DNA of 64,000 nucleotides from an uncultured Planctomycetaceae bacterium (GTDB lineage: Bacteria > Planctomycetota > Planctomycetia > Planctomycetales > Planctomycetaceae), in assembly GCA_963813715.1 (NCBI GenBank), contig CAWFAK010000017.1:192001-256000 (forward strand), written 5' to 3'. Made by a program: the position numbers and the translations under genes. Shown here piece by piece: positions 31,801 through 42,079 of this stretch. Position 1 is the stretch's first letter. Each line of letters starts with the position of its first letter. A model generated the notes under the pieces. That model did no database searches and was not told where the DNA came from. It was given only the letters and a program-made list of their open reading frames with translations.

Positions 31801-33355
31801 TTCGGGTCGGACCTGGCGACGCGTACTGAACGCGGAGGAGCCGCCTTGGGGGCGGCGAACCCGTTGGTAGAAACGCGGGTGTCGGTCAGGTCGAGTTCCG
31901 CCGAATCAACCTGTCCACGGTTCGTTGCGATCCGGACAATTTGAGGGCCGAAGTAATACCAGAGAAGAGGGACCAGGACCGCGACGCCGACGCCCGTGCC
32001 GATCGCCCACTTTTTCCTCCACCTGCTGCGAGACCCGGTATCCGATGATGGATCACTCCCGCTTGGCCTTGGGGTGACTTGTTCGCGCGCGAGCCCTTGC
32101 TCGATGGCCCGCAGCTGGCCCACAACGACTTGCGCCGTTGCGGGGCGGTCATCGGGCGATTTCGACAAGAGCTTGTCGACCAGGTCGGACAGCGCACGGG
32201 GCACCTGCGGATTGAGCGTCCGCAAGGGAAGCGGTTCCTCACAGGCCAGCGCGCGTAGCACAGCGAGCAGATCGCTCCCCCCGAACGGAGCTCGGCCGGT
32301 TGCCATCCGATACAGGACGCATCCCAGGCTGAATAAATCGGTCCGCGGATCAACGGCATCTCCGGCGACCTGTTCGGGGGCCATGTACCGCGGCGTGCCG
32401 ATCAACATTCCCGCGTGGCTGGTTTCCGGTTCGGCAGCCCACAACTTCGCCAGGCCGAAGTCCAGGATCTTGACTCTTCCCGACGCAGACTCAACTTGCA
32501 GAGAACTCTTGGACTCGCCGGGCGGAGCCACCGAGTCGCCCTGTCCGTCGTCTCGCAAGAGGCTCTTCACGGGATTCGGCGGCTGCGGTCCTTCCAGCCA
32601 GACGTTGGTCGGTTTGATATCGCGATGCAGCAGGCCCTGTGCATGAGCCGCAGCCAGCCCCTCGGCGATCTCGCGGCCGATCCGGACAATTTGAGGGACA
32701 CTCAATCGACCGGCGCGGACAAGACGGTCTTCGAGGGTTTCGCCGTGGAGCAATTCCAGGACAAGGAAGGGCGTCTCCCCTTGCGATCCCACTTGATGGA
32801 TCGTCACGACGTGCTCGTGCTTGAGCGCTGCGGCGCTCTGCGCCTCACGCAGGAATCGTTCGGTCGATCCAGGCCTGGCAGCAATGGCTGGATGCAAAAT
32901 CTTCAGAGCGACCCGCCGCTTAAGCTGAGTGTCCTCCGCCTCGAACACCGCTGCCATTCCGCCGATACCCAAAAGGCCCAGGACACGGAAATCGGCGATT
33001 CGACCGATTTCGTCTGCAGATTGCGGCGGGGACAGCACAGTTTTGAAATCGGCCAACGAGGGAGATAGCGCGTCGTGATCGGGACACGTATCATCACGGG
33101 TCACGAGCCACGTGGAGAGGGCATCTCGCACTCGCCCGAGCGGAAGGTACATCGTCCTTGTCGGCTCGCCAGCGGCGCGACCCGCCCGCGCGGCTTCGAC
33201 GATTTCGTCTGAGACGATCCATTGCCGCAACGCGTCCAAGCACGTCGCGCAGGTATCCACGTGTTGAGCGATCGTCTGCGCCGGGTGCCGCGAACTTTCC
33301 CCAAGACCATCTGGTGTAATTCGTCGCGCCACGGACAGCCGCTCAGGTCAGGCAT
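28837..33355 (-). CDS. Membrane Ser/Thr protein kinase with an N-terminal zf-HC2-like finger and extracellular leucine-rich repeats; frameshifts near 33300 and 30610
   Basis: CPWRDEL...HVDTCATC; GIGGMAAV, VALK, HRDIKPTN, DFGLAK, GTPRYMAPE; TM WAIGTGVGVAVLVPLLWYYF; many 24-aa LxxLxLxxTxVTDAGLxHL repeats. Confidence 0.9.
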
Positions 33356-33809
33356 CGCCATCCTCCTCTCGCTGGGGAGGGTGGACTGGATCCGAGCCGG
33401 GGGGAATGATTGCGGCATCGTCGGCCGGGATCGGTTCGTCGTCTAAGTTGGCGAACCCGCCCGTCCCGGTCGAGGAAGCTTCCGTGATGAGCGGCGAACT
33501 GGTGGGCTCTGTCGCGGGCGACAGATCAACCAAGAAGTTGATCTCACCGATGCAGACGTTGTCGTCGTGCAGCAGGACAATCGCATTCGTGCCGATCCGA
33601 CATCCGTTGACAAACGTCCCGTTTTTGCTCCCGAGCTCGCGGAGTCGAAGCGAGTGCTCGTCGCGCAACAGAATGCAGTGGTACCTGCTGACGAAGTCGC
33701 TGTCGATTCGGAGATCGCAGTCTTCCGCGCGCCCGATCAGGAGCTTTCGGGCAAGTCGGATGGACTGTCCCGATAAAGGGCCGCCAACTACCTTCAGCCT
33801 CGCGTCCAT
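33348..33809 (-). CDS. FHA domain protein
   Basis: LIGRAEDCDLRI, VSRYHC, LRELGSKNGTFVNG; its stop overlaps the kinase start. Confidence 0.92.
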   Translation of the reverse strand: MDARLKVVGGPLSGQSIRLARKLLIGRAEDCDLRIDSDFVSRYHCILLRDEHSLRLRELGSKNGTFVNGCRIGTNAIVLLHDDNVCIGEINFLVDLSPATEPTSSPLITEASSTGTGGFANLDDEPIPADDAAIIPPGSDPVHPPQREEDGDA

Positions 33810-34332
33810 TATCTCGTCAGTATAGTTAACTCGACCGAGCTCTGGGCGCGTTCTCGGCTAGGGATTTCTACCTAGCTCCCGTGCGGGAAATGCTCGCAGG
33901 CGATCCCGGCGTTGTCGCGATTCGAGTCCCCTCTTCCTTTCGTGATGACCGTAGGCGGCAATACACCCGAGTTTTGTCCGGTATCGGATGGCCACCCGGT
34001 CCGATTTGCAAAGTCCGAGTTCCGGAAACCCGTCGAATCCTATAATTCGCTTGCGGAGCGTTTTTCCAATGCTGCGCTGGTTGAATGTTCCTTGGATAAA
34101 CTGAGTTCGCCGTCGAAGTTGCGAGCAGAAAGAGCCTCGGGATTTTGGCTCCCCGGATTGCGGTGGCCCCCGTTCTGACGGGCGAACAACCACCGACCGG
34201 ATTTGGAGGTATGGAACCACTGAACTCGATGCTGACCGGTCATCGGAGACCACTGATCCGAAAACTGCCAACGCTCCCAATCGCTGCCCTTCATCGGGGT
34301 CGCTGATGCGGAATTCGTCCTCGGGACCAACC

Positions 34333-34941
34333 TCAAGGGAAATGCGGCTCCAAAAGCGAGCGAAGCGCCTGGCGAGCGCGGTGGAGTCGGGTCTTCACTG
34401 TTCCGGGAGTCGCGCGCAGTATTTCCGCCGTTTCCTGAGTACTCAGTTCCTCGATGTCGCGGAGGATCAGAACGGTTCGGTGATCGTCGGGGAGCATGTC
34501 GATGCAACGGCGGACGAGCTCCCGAGTCTCCTCGCGCAGCAGCCTATGGTCGGGAGCCGATTTCCATCGACGGACTGCCTGCCTGTGGCGCCCGGAAGTG
34601 TCGAAGGTTGGCAACAAAGCATCGATCGAAAGCGAAGGCTGAGGGGCTCGGCTGCGGAGTTTCATCAGGCAAACATTCACGACGATGCGGTGCAACCAGG
34701 TCCCGAGAGCCGAGTTTCCCTTGAATGTTCCGATCGACTGAACGGCAGAGAGAAAACTCTCCTGGACCGCGTCCTCGCAGTCGGAGTCGGATTGCAGAAA
34801 TCGCCGGGCGGTCGCGAATGCCGTTGAGCCGAACCTTCGCACAAACTCTTCGCCGGCGTTCGTTTCCCTGTCTTTGAGCGCGGCCGCCAAAGTCAGGTCA
34901 TCGGGATAAAGCGGAGAGAGCTGCGCCGTCTCACTGCTCAT
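34333..34941 (-). CDS. ECF-type RNA polymerase sigma-70 factor
   Basis: DCEDAVQESFL, TWLHRIVVNVCLMKLR, LRDIEELSTQETAEIL...VKTRLHRARQALR. Confidence 0.93.
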   Translation of the reverse strand: MSSETAQLSPLYPDDLTLAAALKDRETNAGEEFVRRFGSTAFATARRFLQSDSDCEDAVQESFLSAVQSIGTFKGNSALGTWLHRIVVNVCLMKLRSRAPQPSLSIDALLPTFDTSGRHRQAVRRWKSAPDHRLLREETRELVRRCIDMLPDDHRTVLILRDIEELSTQETAEILRATPGTVKTRLHRARQALRSLLEPHFP

Positions 34942-35221
34942 CTGGACGCCGCACCTCCCGCTCGTCGTTCAGTCGCAAGAGCGTCGCGACGAAGGCAGAG
35001 CACGACTCGACCGCCACCCCCTCTCGCAGCAGGTTTTGCAACAGCTCGATTCCGGCCGCGTCGACGAACGTGAGTGCCGACAGGTCGAGTCGAGGAAGGA
35101 GTGGGGGCACTCGTTGCGAAAACAGGGCGCGAACCTCAGTCACCCAGGGCTCGAGTAATTTGCCCTCCAAGACCACGATCGTTCCCTCGACCGGCGTAAC
35201 TCTTTGCGTGATTTTCAGCAC
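34931..35221 (-). CDS. STAS domain protein
   Basis: VVLEGKLLEPWVTEV, LDLSALTFVDAAGIELL; GTG start after GAGGA; overlaps the sigma start. Confidence 0.8.
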   Translation of the reverse strand: MLKITQRVTPVEGTIVVLEGKLLEPWVTEVRALFSQRVPPLLPRLDLSALTFVDAAGIELLQNLLREGVAVESCSAFVATLLRLNDEREVRRPDEQ

Positions 35222-35256
35222 GATTGCTTCTTTCCTCGGAGACGCCACCAGACAAA

Positions 35257-35272
35257 TGCGAAGGACGTGCCG
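35257..35272 (-). promoter_or_regulatory. Sigma54 (-24/-12) promoter for the STAS-ECF operon
   Basis: Minus strand CGGCACGTCCTTCGCA = GG-N10-GC, close to TGGCACGnnnnTTGCW, 36 nt upstream of the STAS start. Confidence 0.7.
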
Positions 35273-35374
35273 CCTCTTTAGAAGACGACGCTGGAACATC
35301 GGAAGACCATGGGGGCTGAGCAGTTGCGTACGACGATTCAGTCGCGGTGCCCCCTCGATTGCTGCGCTGCCAAG

Positions 35375-35408
35375 CCTCGAAATGTCGTGGGTCCACGAGC
35401 TTTCGTGG
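35375..35408. promoter_or_regulatory. Tandem palindromes, candidate enhancer (UAS) for the sigma54 activator
   Basis: CCTCGA-AATG-TCGTGG and CCACGA-GCTT-TCGTGG, about 100-135 bp upstream of the sigma54 promoter. Confidence 0.55.
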
Positions 35409-35451
35409 GCACGACCCCCTTCGAGATTCGGCGCGGCGAGCTGAGATTTCT

Positions 35452-35481
35452 GTAACTTCGGCGGCTGTTGCGTCATCCGAT
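35452..35481 (+). promoter_or_regulatory. ECF-type promoter for the anti-sigma/activator genes
   Basis: GTAAC-N16-TCATCCGAT; same motif and spacing at 38094. Confidence 0.65.
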
Positions 35482-35537
35482 ATTGGGGCAGCCACTTCAC
35501 GCGCACCGTCGCCGGCGCCTCAGAGACGGGACGAACG

Positions 35538-35804
35538 TTGAACTGTCGCGATGTAATCGAACGACTTGGCGACCTTGTCGACGGCGATCTGCATGTGATC
35601 CCGAGATTGCGCCTGAGGATTCATACCTGGTTGTGCCGGCATTGCCGCAATTACCTTCGGTCCTACGAAACCACGCTGAGGGCTGAGAAGGCTGCGATGT
35701 GCGATGTGCGAGGCGCGTCAGCCAATGGCCGACGTCTTCGTCGCAAAGATCGTTGGCACGGTGATGGGCGCTCGGCCGACGGACGATTCGAGCGATCGGA
35801 TTGA
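35538..35804 (+). CDS. zf-HC2 (ZAS) anti-sigma factor; 3' end uncertain, possible frameshift near 35715
   Basis: MNCRDV...LVDGDL...[12 protein letters not shown] (Hx3Cx2C). Confidence 0.8.
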   Translation: MNCRDVIERLGDLVDGDLHVIPRLRLRIHTWLCRHCRNYLRSYETTLRAEKAAMCDVRGASANGRRLRRKDRWHGDGRSADGRFERSD

Positions 35805-35944
35805 CGGACGGCCGTTTCCGCCTGGCGAACGAATCACATGCCGCTCTGCGGATCGTCTCTTCTCTTCCTGCGTGCCCGGTCTCGCCCGGGTATCATGAGA
35901 GTCACGGATCCCGCTGTGAAGATTCGCAACAGCATACGTGGAAT

Positions 35945-37909
35945 ATGATTGATCCGACCGACGCCCCGGACGAGGATCGCAGGTCGATCGCTTCGCGCCC
36001 GGACGAGACCGACTCCGAGGAGCGCGAGCGAGTAGATCTCGAAGAAATGCAGTCGCTGCGCGAGATCGCGCAAGGCACCGGGCACACCTCTGGGATCGCG
36101 TTCTTCCAAACCCTCGTTGAGCATCTGGCAAGGGCTCTCGACGCGAAATACGCCTTCGTCGCCGAGTTCGCCGGCTCGAACACCCGCGTGCACACAATTG
36201 CCTACTGGGGTGAGGGCCGGATTCTCGAAGACGAGGAATGGGATCTGCCCGGCACGCCCTGCGAAGACGTTGTGCGGGGGAACTTATGCCATCACCCAAC
36301 GGGCGTGCGCCTCAAGTTCCCCGGGGATGCGGCCCTGGTGAAGATGGGCGTCGAAAGCTATTTGGGTGTGCCGCTGCTTGCGCCCGATGGCGAGCACTTG
36401 GGGCACCTGGCTGTCTTCGATCCCCGACCAATGCCCGAGATGCCGCGGAAGCTGCTGATTTTCCGCATATTTGCGGCCCGCGCGGCAGCGGAGCTGGCGC
36501 GACTTCGCGTCGAGCGCGGCCTGATCGAGAGCGAAGAGCGTTTCCGCGACCTGTTTGAAGAGGCGCCGATCGCCTACGTCCATGAAGATCTCGATTCTCG
36601 CTTTGTCCGTGCGAACCGGGCCGCCGTGCGGATTCTGGGCCTCGACTCGGACGAGGTCGTCGGCACGGTTGGCATGTCGCTGGTGGCGGACACGCCCGAG
36701 AACAAACGCACAATCCAGCAGGCATTCGCAGCGGTCGGCCGGGGAACCGACACCGGCGGCATCGTGCTCGAGCTTCGACGGAAAGACAACGGCCAGCCGG
36801 TTTGGGTGCAGTGGTGGTCGAAGCCCGAGCCCAATGGGAAGTACACGCGCACGATGTTCGTCGACATCACCGAGCGCGTGCTCATGGAGCGCGAGCAGGC
36901 GCGGCTCAAGGCCGAAAATCTCTATTTGCAGGAAGAGATCAAAGCTGACCATAACTTCGAAGAGATCGTTGGACAGAGTCCGGTGATCTTGAAGACGTTG
37001 GACAACGTGCTCAAAGTCGCGCCCACGGATGCTTCGGTTCTAATTTCCGGGGAAACAGGAACCGGTAAGGAACTCATCGCCCGCGCGATTCACTCCAACA
37101 GTCGCCGCCGCGAAAAGCCGTTGATCAAGATTAACTGTGCCGCCCTGCCGACCGGCCTGGTCGAGAGCGAGCTGTTCGGCCATGAGAAAGGGGCATTCAC
37201 CGGGGCGATCGCGAAGCGCATTGGCCGATTCGAGCTGGCTGACGGCGGGACGATTTTCCTCGACGAGATCGGGGAAATCCCGCTCGAAGCACAGACGAAA
37301 CTGCTCCGGGTGCTTCAGGAGAAGGAGTTCGAACGAGTCGGCGGAAAATCGCCCATCCGCGTCGACGTGCGGGTAATCGCGGCGACGAACCGCGACTTGC
37401 TCGCGGCCGTGCGAGAGAAGACTTTCCGCGAGGATTTGTACTACCGGCTGAATGTCTTTCCGATCGTCGTTCCCCCCTTGCGAGACCGGACAGACGACAT
37501 TCCCCTGTTCGGCGCATTTCTTGACAAGAAAGTGCGGCCGGCAGATCGGCAAACTGATCGAAAGGATTGACAGCGACTCGCTAGAACGGCTCTGCGCTAC
37601 CACTGGCCGGGAAACGTGCGGGAGCTGGAGAACGTGATTGAGCGTGCCTTGATTCTTTCGACGGGGTCGGTGCTCGAGATCGACTCCGACCTGGTCCCCG
37701 CTGAGCCCGCGAGACTGACCGGGGGCTCACTGCTTGCCATCGAGCGAGACCATATTCAAAGAGTCCTCGAGCAAACCGGCGGCGTCATCGAAGGAGCCAA
37801 CGGTGCTGCGCGAATTCTCGACATGCATCCGAATACGCTTCGCAGCCGGATGAAAAAGCTGGGCATCCGCAGGACCGGCGACGACGCGCGACCAGGCCGG
37901 CTTTCTTGA
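35945..37909 (+). CDS. Sigma54-dependent activator, GAF-PAS-AAA+-Fis HTH (FhlA/NifA-like); frameshifts near 37510 and 37590
   Basis: GAF ([15 protein letters not shown]), [70 protein letters not shown]. Confidence 0.92.
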
Positions 37910-38093
37910 ACGCCGAGCGCACCGCTGTAACGCCCACCACTCGCCCCGCATCTAACCTTCGGGGTCCCCGTCGCGTCAGGCGGAACCTGAGCGACGCGAC
38001 GGGCCAACCCGATTCATCTCTGCGCTCAGCGGGTGGGACCGCGCAATTTCCCACCGCTGAACGCTCGCATTCGGGTTCGCTTCGCGAAATCCC

Positions 38094-38123
38094 GTAACCT
38101 GCGGGTATCTCAAATCATCCAAT
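38094..38123 (+). promoter_or_regulatory. ECF-type promoter for the Met-rich peptide/MsrQP-like operon
   Basis: GTAAC-N16-TCATCCAAT. Confidence 0.65.
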
Positions 38124-38224
38124 CAGAGTGATCTGGAGCGGGAACGCCTCACCAAAGCCTCGTCGTTGAACTTTCCACCCCGCGGCAGTCGTCGAGTGGC
38201 CATCCATTTGATCGGGAGAGATTT

Positions 38225-38521
38225 ATGCGTCGCCTCGTTAACGGAGTCCCCTTAGTTGTCTTGGCCATTGGCCTGGGTCTGGGAATCGCCGGCTGTGGCT
38301 CCTCGGATGCCACGCCCAGCGGAAAATCATCCACCGGGAAGATGGGCGACAAGATGAGTTCGGACAAGATGGGCTCAGACAAAATGTCGTCCGACAAAAT
38401 GGGGTCTGACAAGATGAGTTCGGACAAGATGAGTTCGGACAAAATGGCCACCGACAAAATGGGCTCGGACAAAATGGGAACCGACAAGATGGGCTCCGAC
38501 AAAATGGGCGACGGGAAGTAG
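38225..38521 (+). CDS. Methionine-rich pentapeptide-repeat (MXKDX-like, here MxxDK) lipoprotein
   Basis: Lipobox IAGC; 11 DKM units. Confidence 0.88.
   Translation: MRRLVNGVPLVVLAIGLGLGIAGCGSSDATPSGKSSTGKMGDKMSSDKMGSDKMSSDKMGSDKMSSDKMSSDKMATDKMGSDKMGTDKMGSDKMGDGK
38348..38506 (+). repeat. 15-bp coding tandem repeat (GACAA(G/A)ATG-N6), about 11 units
   Basis: Directly visible; encodes DKMxx. Confidence 0.95.
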
Positions 38522-38605
38522 TTTCCCTGAGCGGGCTCTGAACGCCGTGCTCAAGAAAAATCTGATTTCGCGTCGTCTTCTGCGCGGCAGTCGGGAGGTT
38601 GGTCC

Positions 38606-39340
38606 GTGAAGCGACTCGACCCCAAGCATCCCCGCGCGATTCGCTGGTTTCACTGGATCAATGTGCCCCTGCTGACCGGGATGGTCTGGAGTGGCCTGCT
38701 CATCTATTGGGCCAACGATATCTACCGGATCGGCTGGGGCGGCTTCACGTTATTTCATTTCTTTCCCGATTGGTTTTATCGCGCGCTCAATCTGAGGTTT
38801 CGCCTGGCCGAGGGGATGGCCTGGCACTTTTTTCTGATGTGGTTCTTCGCCATCAATGGCGTCCTCTACGTGTCCTATACCTGCCTTTCGGGCGAGTGGC
38901 GGGAACTCGTGCCGAACCGTCGGTCGTTTCGCGAGGCGATCCTGGTCGTCCTGCACGATCTGCGACTGATCAAGACGCCGCCGCCCCAAGGCAAATTCAA
39001 TGCTGCTCAGCGGTTCGCCTACACCGGTGTCGTGATGATGGGGGCTGGCTCGCTGACGACGGGGCTCGCGATTTACAAGCCGGTGCAACTCGCGTGGCTG
39101 ACTGGGCTGCTCGGCGGTTACGAGGCGGCTCGACTGGAACACTTCCTGCTTACGATCGGCTACTCGCTGTTTTTCGTGGTCCACATCTCGCAAGTCATCC
39201 GGGCCGGATGGAACAACTTCCGCGCGATGGTGACGGGATTCGAGGTTGCGGAGGGAAATCAACCTTCTCCCGCGACACCCCCAATTGGCCGTGCGGCAAT
39301 CGTAACCGGACCAGTAAGGTCGGCCTCCAAACCGACATGA
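38606..39340 (+). CDS. Cytochrome b/b6-type membrane subunit, electron donor to the molybdoenzyme (functional MsrQ analogue)
   Basis: KHPRAIRWFHWIN, WHFFLMW, KFNAAQRFAY, EHFLLT...VVHI heme His residues; four TM segments. Confidence 0.85.
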   Translation: MKRLDPKHPRAIRWFHWINVPLLTGMVWSGLLIYWANDIYRIGWGGFTLFHFFPDWFYRALNLRFRLAEGMAWHFFLMWFFAINGVLYVSYTCLSGEWRELVPNRRSFREAILVVLHDLRLIKTPPPQGKFNAAQRFAYTGVVMMGAGSLTTGLAIYKPVQLAWLTGLLGGYEAARLEHFLLTIGYSLFFVVHISQVIRAGWNNFRAMVTGFEVAEGNQPSPATPPIGRAAIVTGPVRSASKPT

Positions 39341-39376
39341 GCCCCCAAAGCGACATAAGCCATCGAGTGAACAACC

Positions 39377-40184
39377 GTGAGCGCGACTCCTCAACAAAAG
39401 GACAACCCGGAGGACGAGGTCGCGAGGCAAATTCGCCGCATCACGCGACGCTCCTTCGGCACAGGCGCGGTGGCTGCGACGGCAGGCTTGGCGGGGTGGC
39501 GTTGGCTACGAACGCGCGCCGACGTGGACGGCATTCCGTGGCCGTTGCGGCGGATGCTGGAGTGGAATCAGCGGCTTGCGCAAGCCTACTTCCGGCGGAC
39601 CCGGCTGTCGCCGACCTTTCCCGCCAGCGCTGCCCGCATGCCGCGAGCCAACGGCCACGTCGGTCTTGACGCTCGATTCGATCCGGCACACTGGTCGCTT
39701 CGCCTCGAAAACTCGGTCATCGGGAAGCCGCTGACAGTCACGCTTGATGACATCAAATCGTTGCCGCAGGTCGAGATGGTCACCGAGCTCCGCTGTATCG
39801 AAGGCTGGAGTGATCCCGTGCGTTGGACTGGCGCGCGCCTCGTCGACCTCGTGTCTCGATCCGGGATTGCGACTCGAAGCGGGGCAAAACCCGATCTCGA
39901 GCAAGCTGACGCGGACTTGCTGCCCTATGTGAAGTTGTCGACCCCAGACGAAGCGTATTACGTGGGCCTGGACATTCAGAGCGCGCTGCATCCGCAGACA
40001 TTGCTCTGCTACGAAATGGACGGCGCGCCGCTGACCCCTGGGCACGGCGCATCCGCTGCGGCTTGTGATTCCCGTCAAGTACGGCATTAAGAACATCAAG
40101 CGCATCGGAACAATCCGTTTCACTGACGAGCGTCCTGCCGATTACTGGGCCGAGCGCGGCTACGACTGGTACGCCGGACATTGA
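39377..40184 (+). CDS. Tat-exported sulfite oxidase-family molybdoenzyme (MsrP/YedY-like); frameshift near 40050
   Basis: ITRRSF signal, LRCIEGWS Mo-ligand Cys, LHPQTLLCYEM, HGA/PLRLVIPVKYGIKNIKRI, YWAERGYDWYAGH. Confidence 0.88.
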
Positions 40185-40261
40185 TCTGCGGCCCTTCGTG
40201 AATAACGGGGCCGTGACGCAATTGGCTCGACCCCTGACTAGCTCCAATTAAGGAGAACTCG

Positions 40262-41158
40262 ATGAACCATGAGCCCAAAATCTCTGACCGCACTGTGCGA
40301 AGCGAAGTCCTCGCTGTCGAGGGACTCGACATCTTCTATCGGGAAGCCGGCAATCCTGGTAGCCCTGTCATCGTCTTGCTGCATGGCTTTCCCGCCTCGT
40401 CGCATCAGTACCGCAACCTCATTCCGGCCCTGGCCGATCGGTTCCACGTCGTCGCGATGGACTACCCGGGGTTCGGCAACAGCTCGATGCCCGACCCGGC
40501 GAAGTATTCGTACACGTTCGATAAGACCGCCGAAGTCGTCGAAGCGTTCCTGACTAAGAAGGGTCTCAAGCGTTTCGGAGTCTTCATGCAGGACTACGGC
40601 GGGCCCGTCGGCTTTCGGATCCTTTGCCGTCATCCGGAGTGGCTCGAGTGGCTCATCATTCAGAACACGAACGCGTACGTGCAAGGTTTCACTCCCGTCT
40701 GGGACGGCTTCCGCAACGCCCTCTGGAAACGCAGGACCCCCGAGTCCGAAAAGCCCCTCTCTGGTTTCTTGGAGCTGGAAGCGATTAAGAGCGTCTATCT
40801 GCATGGACACAAACTGCCGGCTTTGATCAGCCCCGATAACTGGAACATGGATTTTCGGTACATGGACCGCCAGGGCGCTCGACAGATCCAGATGGATTTC
40901 TTTTATGATTACCGCACCAACGTCGAACTGTATCCGAAGTGGCAGGAGTTTTTACGCACGCAGAAACCTCAGACCCTCATCTTCTGGGGCCAGAACGACA
41001 TCTTCTTCACCCCGGAGGGCGGAGAAGCGTATCTGAAAGACCTGCCCCAAGCGGAGATTCACCGCCTCGACTCGGGCCACTTCGCCGTCGAGGATTGCCT
41101 GGAATACATCTCCAGCAACATCCATCGCTTTTTTGAGAAACGACTCGCTTCCAGATAG
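40262..41158 (+). CDS. Alpha/beta hydrolase (epoxide hydrolase/haloalkane dehalogenase-like)
   Basis: LLHGFP, MQDYGGPVG (Asp nucleophile), WGQND, GHFA. Confidence 0.9.
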   Translation: MNHEPKISDRTVRSEVLAVEGLDIFYREAGNPGSPVIVLLHGFPASSHQYRNLIPALADRFHVVAMDYPGFGNSSMPDPAKYSYTFDKTAEVVEAFLTKKGLKRFGVFMQDYGGPVGFRILCRHPEWLEWLIIQNTNAYVQGFTPVWDGFRNALWKRRTPESEKPLSGFLELEAIKSVYLHGHKLPALISPDNWNMDFRYMDRQGARQIQMDFFYDYRTNVELYPKWQEFLRTQKPQTLIFWGQNDIFFTPEGGEAYLKDLPQAEIHRLDSGHFAVEDCLEYISSNIHRFFEKRLASR

Positions 41159-41225
41159 ACCTCGGCGGCTAGCGCAATTGCGCGGGCCGTACTGACACAC
41201 ATCTTTTTGAAACAAGGGGCATTAG

Positions 41226-41997
41226 ATGTCGACGTCAGTTGCCGTTGTCACGGGGGCCAGCCAGGGGATTGGTCAAGCGACGGCGATCCGTCTCGCCCGC
41301 GATTTTTCATCGCTGGTCCTGGTCGCGCGGAACCGTGCCAATCTGGAGCAGACGGCCGAAGCAGTGAAGGCGGCCGGCGCCCAAGCGTTGGTGATTGATA
41401 TCGATCTCGCCCAGCCTTCGGCCGCCCGAACGGTGGTCGATCAGACCGTGCAGGCCTTTGGCCGAATCGACGCGCTGCTCAATATCTCCGGTGCGGTCCC
41501 ACAGATCGATCTGTTCGAGATGACGGACGAGCAATGGGAGGCGGGCCTGGCGCTCAAGTTGCACGGCGCCCGGCGACTCACCATCGCCGCCTGGCCCGCG
41601 TTGAAGGAGGCCAACGGCTCGGTCGTGCTGATGTCGGGCAATTCGGCCCTCTTCCCGAAGGCGCCTTACGCGGCGGTCGGTACAATCAACGCGGCGATCA
41701 TCGCGCTGGCTAAAGCCTTTTCCGATCGCGGCATCACCGACGGCGTTCAGGTGAACAGCGTGCTGCCGGGACCCGTGCATGACCGGCCGCCGCCGCTCGT
41801 ATCTCGAGCACTGGGCGCCGCTGCACCAGATGACGGTTGAGGAGGCCACGGCCAAATTTCCGAAGGAGGCCGGCATCGCCCGCTACGGCAAGCCCGAAGA
41901 GATCGCCGAGCTGATGGCCTTTCTGGTGTCGCCGGGCGCCCGCTGGATGACCGGTTCGACGCTCCGGATGGATGGTGGGGAGGTGAAGTCGATCTGA
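41226..41997 (+). CDS. Atypical SDR oxidoreductase; frameshift near 41778
   Basis: VTGASQGIG, VNSVLPGPV / MTGRR, RYGKPEEIA, MDGGE; lacks YxxxK. Confidence 0.85.
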
Positions 41998-42079
41998 CGG
42001 CAGCGGCCGCGTCGGGCCCACACGCGAAGACAACTTCGATTGATAGCCGGTTGCAATTCGTCCCGGTGGAAAGAGTGCG

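Noticed and set aside
33858..34280. ORFs between the FHA and ECF genes
   Set aside because: No recognisable domain or RBS on either strand
38348..38506. Short regular repeats as a CRISPR array
   Set aside because: 15-bp period with no unique spacers, in-frame coding, and no cas genes
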